From: Octopus sinensis
Lineage: Eukaryota
Assembly (NCBI RefSeq): GCF_006345805.1
Contig: NC_043023.1
Coordinates: 3,658,001 to 3,722,000, forward strand
Reading direction: 5' to 3'
DNA length: 64,000 nt
The notes beneath the pieces are model-generated. The model ran no database searches, was not told where the DNA came from, and saw only the letters and a list, made by a program, of their open reading frames with translations. Both the position numbers and the translations under genes were made by a program. Below, one piece after another: positions 25,141 through 37,702 of the stretch; positions within the stretch are counted from its first letter, which is position 1, and each line of letters starts with the position of its first letter.

Positions 25141-25715
25141 CTTTAGTTTTGATCCCTCTGACCCTTTACCATTTAAAGTGACCAGCTCCAGCTCAAATAT
25201 TCTGCCAGTTTTATGTTCAAAATGGGCCAGATTCCAGCATGGCCACAGTCAAATGACTGAAACAAGTAAAAGAGCAAAAAGAGAGAGTATATAATGTGAT
25301 GACGATGATGATTATGATGCATTTGGCATGACGAATTTTGCAAACCATGTTATCAACCAGGCACTGTAATTAGTGTACAGTGAAAACGGCCTGCAGTGAC
25401 ATTAGTGTGATGTGTTTTTGAGAATGTAATCGTGACTCACGAAGAATTTATCGCAAACCCGTTTCGAGGGCACCGGGGGCAGCAACAGTCTCTCAGATTA
25501 TGTGGGAATCCGTTATTTCTGGACAGATCTTCTTACTTGAACTTTTGAAGAGGCATTCAAATATCTTCTGGCTCGAAAGAGAAAGTGTTTCTCCTGCAGA
25601 AGATTATACCTAACAGGCAGGACTATTCCGATGGCTGTGTTTAACAGCAGGACTATTCTGGATATATGAGCAGCAGTGTTAACAAAGCCTATGTCATCTG
25701 TGCGTCTGCATATAT

Positions 25716-26556
25716 AGGCGCAGGAGTGGCTGTGTGGTAAGTAGCTTGTTTACCAACCACATGGTCCCGGGTTCAGTCCCACTGTGTGGCACCTTGGGCA
25801 GGTGTCTTCTACTATAGCCTCGGGCCGACCAAAGCCTTGTGAGTGGATTTGATAGACGGAAACTAAAAGAAGCCTGTCGTATATATGTATATATATATAT
25901 GCATATGTGTGTTTGTGTGTCTGTGTTTGTCCCCCTAGCATTGCTTGACAACCGATGCTGGTGTGTTTATGTCCCCGTTACTTAGCGGTTCGGAAAAAGA
26001 GACCGATAGAATAAGTACTGGGCTTACAAAAGAATAAGTCCCGGGGTCGAGTTGCTCGATTAAAGGCGGTGCTCCAGCATTGCCGCAGTCAAATGACTGA
26101 AACAAGTAAAAGAGTAAAAGAGTAAAGAGTTATATACAGACACACAAACACACACGCATATATATATACATATATATATATGTACGACAGGCTTCTTTCA
26201 GTTTCCGTCTACCAAATCCACTCACAAGGCATTGGTCGGCCCGGGGCTATAGCAGAAGACACTTGCCCAAGATGCCATGCAGTGGGACTGAACCCGGAAC
26301 CATGTGGTTGGTAAGCAAGCTACTTACCACACAGCCACTCCTGCACCCATATATATATATACATATATATCCATATATATATATACATATATACGATGGG
26401 CTTCTTTCAGTCTCTGTCTACCAAATCCACTCACAAGGCTTTGGTCGGCCCGAGGCTATAGCAGAAGACGCTTGCCCAAGGTACCACACAGTGGGACTGA
26501 ACCCGGAACCATGTGGTTGGTAAGCAAGCTACTTACCAAACAGCCACTCCTACGCC
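25716..26556. mobile_element. SINE A (+, 25716-26130) followed by two inverted head-only copies (26135-26346, 26378-26556)
   Basis: Direct alignment to family A. Confidence 0.9.
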
Positions 26557-26819
26557 TGTCCCAATATGCAAGCAGTGTTGTAATGTGGCCCAGAATGTCT
26601 ACGTCTGTGTAAAAACAGTAAGACTGTCACTGCTGTTAGCATTAAGTACTACAATGTACTTTTGTAGTGACACACAGTCCATTGTCTATAGAATATTTTG
26701 AACACTGCTAAAACAAACTTACCTATCATAAGACAAGAGTAATTAATAGATGACTGTACATTCATTCAAAGTGAAAGACAACCAAAGAACCTGAAGCAAT
26801 TGTTGACAGAAGGCAAAGT

Positions 26820-28226
26820 TTAATCCTTTTGATACAATATTTCTGTTGAAATACGCAGCCTTTGTTTGAATTAATTCTGAAAATAGCCAAGGATTAAGTA
26901 AAATAACTTTGTCGTTATGAAGCTGATGTTTGGAACATTAATTAACAGGAAATTTTGATGAAAGGTTTGAATTTAGACCACTTTAACCCCTTAGTTACCA
27001 TGGGCCGTTGCCAGCTTCGCCTGGCCTCTGTGCTGGTAGCACGTAAAAAGCACCATCCGATCATGGCTGTTTGCCAGCCTCGCTTGGCCTCCGTGCTGGT
27101 GGCACATAAAAAGCACCATCCGATCGTTAAATTTGACAGAGTAATTTGGATGTTAAAGAGTTAAGCTGGCCCTGTCTAGCCCAAACATTTTACTTCTATG
27201 TTCAAACCAATAAGGTCCAGCCTCTCTCACCTCCCCTACAATGTCATTCTAAAAATAAATAATTGCATCATTGAAATTTCAAAGCTATGAGATAATGTAC
27301 ATGATTAATTCAAAATAATGCGAATAAATAAGCATTACATTTGAGAGTTAATGCTAAAGAGTTAAACTAGCCATATTCATCGCTAATATTTAACCTGTTT
27401 TATGCTCAAGCTAGCCAGATCCAGCTTATCATACCTACCCTATAATGTTGTTCTAAAAATAGACATTCATATTATTCTTTTCTACTCTAGGCACAAGGCC
27501 TGAGATTTTGGGGGAAGGGAGAACCAGTCGATTAGATTGACCCCAGTACACAACCGATACTTATTTCATCAACCTCGAAAGGATGAAAGGCAAAGTCGAC
27601 CTCGGCGGAATTTGAACCCAGAATGTGAAAATAGATGAAATACCACTAAGCATTTCACCCAGCGTGCTAACATTTCTTATTTCTTTATTGCCCACAAGGG
27701 GCTAAACATAGAGGGGACAAACAAGGACAGACAAACGGATTAAGTCGATTATATCGACCCCAGTGCGTAACTGGTACTTATTTAATCGACCCCCGAAAGG
27801 ATGACAGGCAAAGTCGACCTCGGCTGAATTTGAACTCAGAACATAACGGCAGACGAAATACCGCTAAGCATTTCACCAGGCGTGCTAACGACTCTGTCAG
27901 CTCGCTGCCTTAGATATTCATATTATTGACATCCCAATGCTACAAGATAATGTATGTTTAATTCAAACCAATGTGAAAAAGCTTTACATTTGACAGAAGA
28001 AGCTGACTGTTAAAGGGTTAAACTGGCCATATCCAACTCAGATATTCAAACCCATTTTATTTCAAGCTGACCAGAACCAGCTTCTCACACCTACGCTACA
28101 ATGTCATTCTAAAAATAAAGAGTCATAACATTGAAATCTCAAAGCTACAAGATAAGCCATGATTAATTTAAAACAATGTAAATAAGCATTACATTTAAGA
28201 GACTAATCTGATTACTAAACAGTTAA
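26820..28226 (+). mobile_element. Cluster of TTAA-bounded piggyBac-like MITE units (~200 bp)
   Basis: TTAACCC-type start at 26983; units end aa(g/c)(a/g)gTTAA at 27164, 27365, 28021, 28226. Confidence 0.6.
27472..27912 (-). mobile_element. SINE B dimer inserted into a MITE unit
   Basis: Two Nin-like boxes with GAAATAAG|AAATGTTAGC junction. Confidence 0.85.
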
Positions 28227-28253
28227 ACCAGCCGTATCTGACTTATATTCTAC

Positions 28254-28740
28254 TATTGGGTCGTCCGGAAAGTTCGTGCCAATTTATAGTAGCTTACCTC
28301 ATGACTTATTTTAGAACATGGTTGAGTTCATAAAATAGGAGCACAGTTTAAGCTCTCTTTTCGTGGAAGAAGGTTTATGTTCCTATAACCTGTGTTAATT
28401 CTGTAACCCAGTGCTTTTCAACCTTTTTGCTGGAGCAGAACCCTAAGGAAAAATTCCACTGGCTTGAGGAACCCCTGTGCAATAATATAATAGTCTTATG
28501 CACACATATCTGCACAGAAGAATTAAAAATTACTGCCGATTTTAGCAGTTTTGTAACTTCTTGCGGAACCCCTGGACTGTACTGACGGAACCCTGGTTGA
28601 AAACCACTGCTGTAACCCATTAAAATTTGGAGATAAGAAAGTTCATTTTCAGCACTCGATGCTTTGGGAACCAGACAAAAATTGCTGCAGCTCGGCTGGG
28701 ATGTGTTACCCCACCCTCCATATTCACCAGATATTGCTCC
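28254..28740 (+). mobile_element. Mariner internal-deletion derivative, 3'-truncated by SINE A
   Basis: TIR tattgggtcgtccggaaagttcgtgccaattt; ..DKKVHFQHSMLWE joined directly to the sequence encoding TRQKLLQLGWDVLPHPPYSPDIAP, as at 46135-46445. Confidence 0.9.
28409..28609. mobile_element. 201-bp hAT-type MITE inserted in mariner
   Basis: TIR CAGTGCTTTTCAACC / GGTTGAAAACCACTG; exact 8-bp TSD ctgtaacc; empty site visible in the 46-kb mariner copy. Confidence 0.95.
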
Positions 28741-29066
28741 TTATTCTTTGTAAGCCTAGTACTTATTCTATCGGTCTCACTTACCGAAACACTAAGTGAC
28801 GGGGACGTAAACACACCAGCATTGGCTGTCAAGCGATGTTGAGGGAGACAAACACAGACACACAAACACACACACACATATATATTTATATATACATATA
28901 TACGACAGGCTTCTTTCGGTTTCCGTCTACCAAATCCACTCACAAGGCATTGGTCGGCCCAGGGCTATAGCAGAAGACACTTGCCCAAGATACCACACAG
29001 TGGGACTGAACCCGGAATCATGTGGTTGGTAAGCAAGCTACTTACCACACAGCCACTCCTGCACCT
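28741..29066 (-). mobile_element. SINE A, tail-truncated
   Basis: Direct alignment. Confidence 0.85.
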
Positions 29067-29184
29067 ATGTCTTATAAATATTTTGCAAAAAAACACTGCA
29101 AAGAGACTTTTTGAACACCCTGTACATGGACTTTTCTGTGTGTGAAAGAGAGAGGTGGGGAGAGATCATTATTATTAAAGACAC

Positions 29185-30055
29185 TAAGGTAGGATGGCCA
29201 CAGTTGGAAACATCTGATCACAGTTCCGCTGAATCAGGACCAACCTGGTGTTGAACAACAAATAATGCTAACTACTATACTGTACATTAAATAATGTAGT
29301 CCTAGATACACTATGTCTGAATAAATGAAGGGATGGTCACGGCAGGAACTACTTTGATCATAGGTGTGTCAGATCAAGCCTGACCAGGGGCTAAACAACA
29401 CTAATACTATCTAATACTCTGCACATTAGATAATGTAGTCCTAGATACACTATGTCTGAATAAATGAAGGGATGGTCACGGCAGGAACTACTTTGATCAT
29501 AGGTGTGTCAGATCAAGCCTGACCAGGGGCTAAACAACACTAATACTATCTAATACTCTGCACATTAGATAATGTAGTCCTAGATACACTATGTCTGAAT
29601 AAATGAAGGTGGTCACGGCACGCAGGAACTACTTTGATCATAGGTGTGTCAGATCAAGCCTGACCAGGGGCTAAACACACTAATACTATCTAATACTCTG
29701 CACATTAGATAATGTAGTCCTAGATACACTATGTCTGAATAAATGAAGGGATGGTCACGGCAGGAACTACTTTGATCATAGGTGTGTCAGATCAAGCCTG
29801 ACCAGGGGCTAAACAACACTAATACTATCTAATACTCTGCACATTAGATAATGTAGTCCTAGATACACTTTGCCAGAATAAAAAGTTGGATGGTCACAGC
29901 TGGAACGTCTTTGATAATATGTCTGCTAAATTGGGCTGACCCAGGGTTAAACAACAACTGTAGCCACTATCTACTACTATATGATACACTGTCTAATGTA
30001 GTCCTAGATACACGGTGACTGAACATAAGCCAGGATGGTTGCACCTGTGACAATT
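29185..30055 (-). repeat. Satellite family C, 139-bp variant, ~6 units (four near-identical)
   Basis: cctagatac at 29301, 29440, 29579, 29719, 29858, 30003. Confidence 0.9.
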
Positions 30056-30129
30056 CTATAAATATATATATTCTCCACCCCCCCCCCCCTTTGTGCCATA
30101 CATCCTACCTTCCTCATACACTGCACCCA

Positions 30130-30790
30130 CCTACCTACCTACCCCTCTCTCTCTCTCTCCCTTCCTGTCTGTCTCTCTCGCCACCCATCTCTCTCTTTGT
30201 CTCTCTCTCCCTCCCTTTCTGTCTCTGTCTCTTGCCATCCATCTCTCTCTCTCCCTTCCTGTCTGTCTCTCTCGCCACCCATCTCTCTCTCTCTTCCTCC
30301 CTTTCTGTCTCTGTCTCTCACCACCCATCTCTCTCTCTCTCCCTCCCTTTCTGTCTCTCGCCGCCCATCTCTCTCTCTCTCTCTCCCTCCCTTCCTTTCT
30401 GTCTCTCACCACCCATCTCTCTCTCCCTCCCTCCCTTTCTGTCTCTGTCTCTCACCACCCATCTCTCTCTCTCTCCCTCCTTTCTGTCTCTCGCCACCCA
30501 TCTCTCTCTCTCCCTCCCTTCCTTTCTGTCTCTCACCACCCATCTCTCTCTCTCTTCCTCCCTTTCTCTGTCTCTGTCTCTCGCCCCCATCTCTCTCTCT
30601 CTCTCTCCCTCCGTTCCTTTCTGTCTCTCGCCACCCATCTCTCTCTCTCTCTCTCCCTCCCTTCCTTTCTGTCTCTCACCACCCATCTCTCTCTCTCTCT
30701 TCCTCCCTTTCTGTCTCTGTCTCTCACCACCCATCTCTCTCTCTCTCCCTCCCTTTCTATCTCTGTTTCTTGCCACCCACCCATCTCTTC
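30130..30790. repeat. Polypyrimidine minisatellite (CTTTCTGTCTCTCGCCACCCATCTCTCTC units)
   Basis: Direct reading. Confidence 0.95.
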
Positions 30791-31194
30791 CCCCCATCGA
30801 CACCCCACAACCTACTCAACAGCTTGTCAGCTCTTTCATCTACCTGTCTACCATACATACCATCCATCCACCTGTCTAACCTGCCACCCTACACCAGATA
30901 TCCCTCACTCCTCCCACTCACATCCGACACCCTACCCTACTCTTTCCTACCCACCTTGTAGCTTGAGGGTCCACCCTGACACTTCTAGCTCCTCCCCCTA
31001 CACCAGCCCTTCTAAGCACATGTGCAGTCAACAAGAACCTGCATACCCCAGCCCTTTTCTCTCATTCTTTACCCCTCTTCTTATTCTCATACTATAAATG
31101 TTCCCCCCACTCAACTCATTCTCCTAGCATAAAGTTACCCCTTTCTATTCCTTAATCCCCTTGCATGAAGACCCCACTTCTCACACAAGGTCAG

Positions 31195-31593
31195 GCAAAG
31201 GAGTGGCTGTGTGGTAAGTAGCTTGTTTACCAACCACATGGTTCCTGGTTCAGTCCCAGTACATTGTACCTTGGGCAAGGATCTTCTACTAAAGCCTCGG
31301 GCCGACCAAAGCCTTGTGAGTGGATTTGGTAGACGGAAACTGAAAGAAGCCCGTCATATATATGTATATATATATGTATGTGTGTCTGCGTTTGTCCCCC
31401 CAACATCGCTTGACAACTGATGCTGGTGTGTTTACGCCCCTGTAACTTAGCAGTTCGGCAAAAGAGACCGATAGAATAAGTACTAGGCTTACAAAGAATA
31501 AGTACCGGGTCGAGTTGCTCGACTAAAGGCGGTGCTCCAGCATGGCCGCAGTCAAATGACTGAAACAAGTAAAAGAGTAAAGTGTAAAGAGTA
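31195..31593 (+). mobile_element. SINE A
   Basis: Full-length. Confidence 0.9.
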
Positions 31594-31639
31594 ATAAGAT
31601 TATATGTGTGTATATAGGCATATAGGTGTATACATGTGT

Positions 31640-31848
31640 ATATATAGGCTCATAAGGGCCGGTTTCCTGTTTCAGTGGCGTAGAAATTCCCCACCAGGAT
31701 TACTCATTTTTGCCAGCTGAGTGGACTGGAGCAATGTGAAATGAAGTGCTTTGCTCAAGAGCACAACGCGTTGCCCGGTCCAGGAATTGAAACCACAATC
31801 TTACGATCATGAGTTCAACACCCTAACCACTGAGCCACATGCCTCCAC
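31640..31848 (-). mobile_element. tRNA-SINE family E (Meta-domain-like)
   Basis: GTGGCTCAGTGGTTAG head; TGCTCCAGTCCACTCAGCTGGCAAAAATGAGT box. Confidence 0.75.
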
Positions 31849-31867
31849 AAATATTATTAATACAAAA

Positions 31868-32285
31868 CCCATTTCTTTACTACCCAAAAGGGCCTAAACA
31901 CAGAGAGGACAAACAAGGACAGACAAACGGATTAAGTCGATTATATCAACCCCAGTGCGTAACTGGTACTTATTTAATCGACCCTGAAAGGATGAAAGGC
32001 AATGTCGACCTCGGCAGAATTTGAACTCAGAACATAACGGCAGACGAAATACCTATTTCTTTACTACCCACAAGGGGCTAAACACAGAGAGGACAAACAA
32101 GGACAAACGGGTTAAGTCGATTATATCGACCCCAGTGCGTAACTGGTACTTATTTAATCGAACCCGAAAGGATGAAAGGCAAAGCTGACCTCAAGAGAAT
32201 TTGAACTCAGAACGTAACAGCAGATGAAATACCGCTAAGCATTTCGCCCAGCATGCTAACGTTTCTGCCAGCTCGCCACCTTAGT
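31868..32285 (-). mobile_element. SINE B dimer
   Basis: GAAATAG|GTATTT junction ~32050. Confidence 0.9.
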
Positions 32286-32509
32286 ACAATACCCTTTAAG
32301 TATGGGTGTTGGTAAACACCAGAAGCTGCAGATTTTTTGACTGGAAAAAGCAAGTACCAGTTAGACACTGGGATCAATGTAATCAACTTGTCCCCTTCCT
32401 TGGAATTGCTGGCCTTGTGCCAAACTTTGAAATCATTATTGATGTCATCTAATTAATGTAGATCTTTTCTCTTTTACTTGTTTTTAATTAACGGACAGCA
32501 GAATCCGAG

Positions 32510-33176
32510 TTTACTTGTTTCAGTCAGTTGACTGTGGCTATGCTGGAGCACCATCTTTTAGTCGAGCAAATCGACCCCAGTACTTATCCTTTGTAAGCCT
32601 AGTACTTAATCTATCGGTCTCTTTTTGCCGAACCGCTAAGTTACGGGGACGTAAACACACCAGCATCGGTTGTCAAGCGATGTTGGGGTGGACAAACATA
32701 GACACATAAACGTATACACACACATACATACATACATACATGCATACGTGTATGTATATATATATATAATATATATAATATATATATATATATATACACT
32801 AGCAGTATCGCCCAGCGTTGCTCGGGCTTGTTTTATTTTCGACCCTTTAAAATTGGGATTTTTGAAAAGTAATTTTGCATTATGTAGCTTGTTATTCTCT
32901 TTAAGTGAACATTTTTCTGGTTGAAATACACCGAAAAATGGCCACACAGCAGTCAAAAAATCTTAAAAAATAGGGATTTTAATAGAAAAAAAGCACCTTT
33001 TTGATGTAAAAAGTTTTTGGTGTTAACATGGTTCAATTTGAATTTTTTCTTCTATGAAAGGAAGAGCAAGCCTTCTTCTATCATACTCTCAATTTTAGTC
33101 ACCTTGTGCCGCAGGGTCTCGGAGTAGATAGTGTTAGTTGAAGACTACCAAACCTGCCACACACAGACAACTTCAG

Positions 33177-33225
<49 letters not shown>

Positions 33226-33395
33226 CATATATACGATGGACTTCTTTTAGTTTCCGTCTACCAAATCCACTCACAAAGCTTTAGTCACCCTGCGGCTATA
33301 GTAGAAGACATTTGCCCAAGGTGCCACGCAGTGGGACTGAACCCAGAACTATGTGGTTAAGACGCAAGCTACTTACCACACAGCCACTCCTACGC
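32510..33395 (-). mobile_element. SINE A split by a Helitron in its TA spacer
   Basis: Tail 32510-32720, head 33225-33395. Confidence 0.85.
32799..33190 (-). mobile_element. Non-autonomous Helitron H1, complete
   Basis: Reverse-complement homologue of 22198-22544 with CCCGAGCAACGCTGGG hairpin and CTAG end. Confidence 0.9.
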
Positions 33396-33814
33396 CGATG
33401 AATACACACCAACCAGGACATGCGAATGACAAAATTCCTCCCTCACAGCAATCTCGTTAACATAACATTAATTAGATTATCAACATTGTGGCCTACATAA
33501 CTACCTTGTGTCAAAATCTCGTTACATAGTCCTCAGAGACATGCTAAAAATAGCAGCCAAATCGCTTGTCAACACTAATGGAAGGACACCCAAGATAATA
33601 TAGTCCTTGATGTACGATTTTTAAAAAGTGGGATGGCCACAGATGGATTGTTTTATATGTCTGCCTGCTCCATCAGAGCTAAAACTGGTGTAAAGAATAT
33701 TCAGTACTTTAAAAAACTAAATGGGTGTATATATACACGTGTATATATAATAGTAGGCCAAACATATTTACATACAATTTTCTGTTAAGGACTCTACTTT
33801 CATATTTTTAATAT

Positions 33815-35745
33815 TCTTTTACTCTTTTACTTGTTTCAGTCATTTGACTGTGGCCATGCTGGAGCAACCCCTTCAGTCGAGCAAATCGACCCCGGGACTT
33901 ATTCTTTGTAAGCCCAGTATTTATCTATCTATCGGTCTCTTTTCTTTTACTCTTTACTTGTTTCAGTCATTTGACTGTGGCCATGCTGGAGCAACCCCTT
34001 CAGTCGAGCAAATCGACCCCGGGACTTATTCTTTGTAAGCCCAGTATTTATTCTATCGGTCTCTTTTCTCTTTTACTCTTTTACTTGTTTCAGTCATTTG
34101 ACTGTGGCCATGCTGGAGCAACCCCTTCAGTCGAGCAAATCGACCCCGGGACTTATTCTTTGTAAGCCCAGTATTTATTCTATCGGTCTCTTTTCTCTTT
34201 TACTCTTTTACTTGTTTCAGTCATTTGACTGTGGCCATGCTGGAGCAACCCCTTCAGTCGAGCAAATCGACCCCGGGACTTATTCTTTGTAAGCCCAGTA
34301 TTTATTCTATCGGTCTCTTTTATCTTTTACTTGTTTCAGTCATGATTGACTGTGAGGGCCATGCTGGAGCAACCCCTTCAGTCGAGCAAATCGAACCCGG
34401 GACTTATTCTTTGTAAGCAAACCCAGTAGTTGTATTCTATGGTCTCTTTTCTCTTTTATCTTTTTACTTGTTTCAGTCATTTGACTGTGGCCATGCGGAG
34501 AGCAACCCCTTCAGTCGAGCAAATCGACCCCGGGACTTATTCTTTGTAAGCCCAGTATTTATTCTATCGGTGTTCTTTTCTCTTTTACTCTTTTACTTGT
34601 TTCAGTCATTTGAGTGTGGCCATGCTGGAGGCAACCCCTTCAGTCGAGCAAATCGACCCCGGGACTTATTTTGTGTAAGCCCAGTATTTATTCTATCGGT
34701 CTCTTTTACTCTTTTACTTGTTTCAGTCATTTGACTGTGGCCATGCTGGAGCAACCCCTTCAGTCGAGCAAATCGACCCCGGGACTTATTCTTTGTAAGC
34801 CCAGTACTTATTCTATCGGTCTCTTTTCTCTTTTACTTGTTCAGTCATTTGACTGTGGCCATGCTGGAGCAACCCTTCAGTCGAGCAAATCGACCCCGGG
34901 GACTATTCTTTGTAAGCCCAGTACTTATTCTATCGGTCTCTTTTCCCTTTTACTTGTTTCAGTCATTTGACTGTGGCCATGCTGGAGCAACCCCTTCAGT
35001 CGAGCAAATCGACCCCGGGACTTATTCTTTGTAAGCCCAGTACTTATTCTATCGGTCTCTTTTCCCTTTTACTTGTTTCAGTCATTTGACTGTGGCCATG
35101 CTGGAGCACCGCCTTCAGTCGAGCAAATCGACCCCGGGACTTATTCTTTGTAAGCCCAGTACTTATTCTATCGGTCTCTTTTCCCTTTTACTCTTTTACT
35201 TGTTTCAGTCATTTGACTGTGGCCATGCTGGAGCACCGCCTTCAGTCGAGCAAATCGACCCCAGGACTTATTCTTTGTAAGCCCAGTACTTATTCTATCG
35301 GTCTCTTTTACCTTTTACTCTTACTTGTTTCAGTCATTTGACTGTGCCATGATGGAGCAACCCTTCAGTCGAGCAAATCGACCCCGGGACTTATTTTTGT
35401 AAGCCCAGTACTTATTCTATCGGTCGCTTTTCTCTTTTACTCTTTTACTTGTTTCAGTCATTTGACTGTGGCCATGCTGGAGCAACCCCTTCAGTCGAGC
35501 AAATCGACCCCGGGACTTATTCTTTGTAAGCCCGTACTACTTCTTCACGGTCTCTTTTCCCTTTTACTCTTTTACTTGTTTCAGTCATTTGACTGTGGCC
35601 ATGCTGGAGCAACCCCTTCAGTCGAGCAAATCGACCCCGGGACTTATTCTTTGTAAACCTACTAACCGCTAAGTTATGGGGACGTGAACACACCAGCATC
35701 GGTCGTCAAGCAATGTTGGGGGAGACAAACACAGACACACAAATA
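33815..35745 (-). repeat. Tandem array of ~15 x ~127-bp SINE A 3' termini
   Basis: ttcagtcat recurs about every 120-135 bp from ~33834 to ~35580, then runs into the rest of the tail. Confidence 0.95.
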
Positions 35746-35751
35746 TATATT

Positions 35752-36140
35752 ACTCTTTACTCTTTTACTTGTTTCAGTCATTTGACTGCGGCCATGCTGG
35801 AGCACCGCCTTTAATCGAGCAACTCGACCCCAGGACTTATTCTTTATAAGCCCAGTACTTATTCTATCGGTCTCTTTTGCCGAACCGCTAAGTAACGGGG
35901 ACATAAACACACCAGCATCGGTTGTCAAGCAATGCTAGGGGGACAAACACACACACGCATATATATATATACATATATACGACGGGCTTCTTTCAGTTTC
36001 CATCTACCAAATCCACTCACAAGGCTTTGGTCGGCCCGAGGCTATAGTAGAAGACACTTGCCCAAGATGCCACGCAGTGCGACTGAACCCGGAACCATGT
36101 GGTTGGTAAACAAGCTACTTACCACACAGCCACTCCTACC
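35752..36140 (-). mobile_element. SINE A
   Basis: Full-length, low divergence. Confidence 0.9.
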
Positions 36141-36235
36141 ACTATATACACATTTACTTATACATATTTATCAATATTTATACATGTGTCTGTAAGTGTG
36201 CAAATGTATGTATGTACGTATATATGCATATATAT

Positions 36236-36490
36236 CATCATCATCGTCGTTTAAGATCCGTTTTTTCCATGCTAGCATGGGTTGGATGGTTCAACCGGGG
36301 TCTGGGAAGTCAGGAGGCTGCACCAGGCTCCAGTCTGATCTGGCAGTGTTTCTACAGCTGGATGTCCTTCCTAACGCCAACCACTCCGAGAGTGTAGTGG
36401 GTGATTTTATGTGCCACCGACACAGTTGCCAGGGGAGTTTGGCAGTGGCCTCGATCAGTTGGTGCTTTTTATGTGCCACCGGCACAGGTG
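36236..36490 (-). mobile_element. RTE-like 3' end / SINE tail with (GAT)n terminus; other copies ~16685, 38015, 48000-48290, 48295-48410, 56400-56612, 57625-58045, 60325-60480
   Basis: GGCGTTAGGAAGG(G/A)CATCCAGCTGTAGAAAC..CATGCTAGCATGGAAAA..(GAT)n. Confidence 0.7.
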
Positions 36491-36537
36491 TGAGTGTGTA
36501 TATATAGGCGCAGGTGTGAGTGTGTGGTAAGAAGCTA

Positions 36538-36892
36538 GGCACAGGCATGGCTGTGTGGTTTGAAGCTTGCTTTCCAACTGCTTGGTTCGGGGTTCAGTCC
36601 CACTGTGTGACACCTAGGGCAAGTGTCTTCTACTAAAGCCTCAGACCAACCAAAGCCTTGTGAGTAGATTTGGTAGACGGAAACTGAAAGAAGCCCGTCG
36701 TATATGTGTGTATGTGTGTGTATATACATATATGAGTTTGTGTGTCTGTCCCGTGGTTATGTGCCTGTAACTTAGCGGTTCGGCAAAAGAGACTGATAGA
36801 ATAAGTACCTAGGCTATGTCCTGGGGGTTGTTTTGTTCAACTAAAGGCAGTGCTCCAGCATGGCCACAGTCAAATGACTGAAACAAAAGAAT
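36538..36892 (+). mobile_element. SINE A, diverged
   Basis: Direct alignment. Confidence 0.8.
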
Positions 36893-37238
36893 ATATATTC
36901 ATATATGTGTGTGTGTGTTTGTGTGTGTGTGTGTATTTGCTGTATATATTAATATAAATATGTATTGCAGTATTTAAAACAGGTTTAATTTCTGCATTAA
37001 TTTGTACTGTCTTCATTAACGGCAATAGGTTTTTTCCTCGGTTTTTCCTCGGATTTTATAATTTTATAATTTTTATAAGTTTTTTTATATATATATATAA
37101 CATATTTTTGACCTTTTTGTTATCGCTCGAAGATTGACCGTTTTTTTATAAAGGGCCAATCAAACAAGTCCATTTCTTTTTAAAGGTGTAGCGTTTGTAA
37201 GAGTATAGATTGAATTAATATATATGTTCCATTCTAGC

Positions 37239-37286
37239 AAAAACTGTCTGATGAACGGCAACGAGAAACTCAGAGTAACAGATTTT
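37239..37286 (+). ncRNA. Minimal type I hammerhead ribozyme motif (stem II closing pair mutated)
   Basis: AAAAACTGT-CTGATGA-A-CG-GCAA-CG-A-GAAA-CTC-A-GAG-TA-ACAGATTTT; GUA site at 37275-37277; followed by an AT tract. Confidence 0.65.
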
Positions 37287-37313
37287 GTTGAATTTTCTGC
37301 TGCTTAAAATAAA

Positions 37314-37345
<32 letters not shown>

Positions 37346-37559
37346 TGTCTTATATTCCTCCCCACCACTACAAAACTCTATAAAATGGTCAAAATTCGTC
37401 ACACAGGAACTTAGTTTGATTTGAAAACCCCACTAGAATGGGAGAAAGCGCTAATGATCTATGTGATATGAGATATATATATAAAAAATGTAATATATAA
37501 ATAAATATCTGTAAATATAAACCATCCGATCTTCTGATTACCTCATTTCTTCTAACTTT

Positions 37560-37702
37560 TTCTTCTTCGGAAGGAAGAGCAAGCCTTCTTCTATCATACT
37601 CTCAATTTTGGTCAACTTGCGCCACAGTTGGAGGAGATAGTGTTAGTGGAAGGCTACCAAACCTGCCATACACAGACAACTTCAGCTTTATATATATAGA
37701 GA
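37560..37702 (-). mobile_element. Helitron H1 5' fragment
   Basis: ctaccaaacctgccatacacagacaacttcagctttatatatataga. Confidence 0.85.

Noticed and set aside
26723-26790. Minus-strand 68-bp exon candidate (ttcag| .. |gtaagt)
   Set aside because: Stops in all frames and no partner exons; such signal pairs are expected by chance in 64 kb
33844-35656. Repeated 64-aa ORFs and possible CRISPR-like array
   Set aside because: Units are near-identical SINE tails with no unique spacers, in eukaryotic DNA with no cas genes
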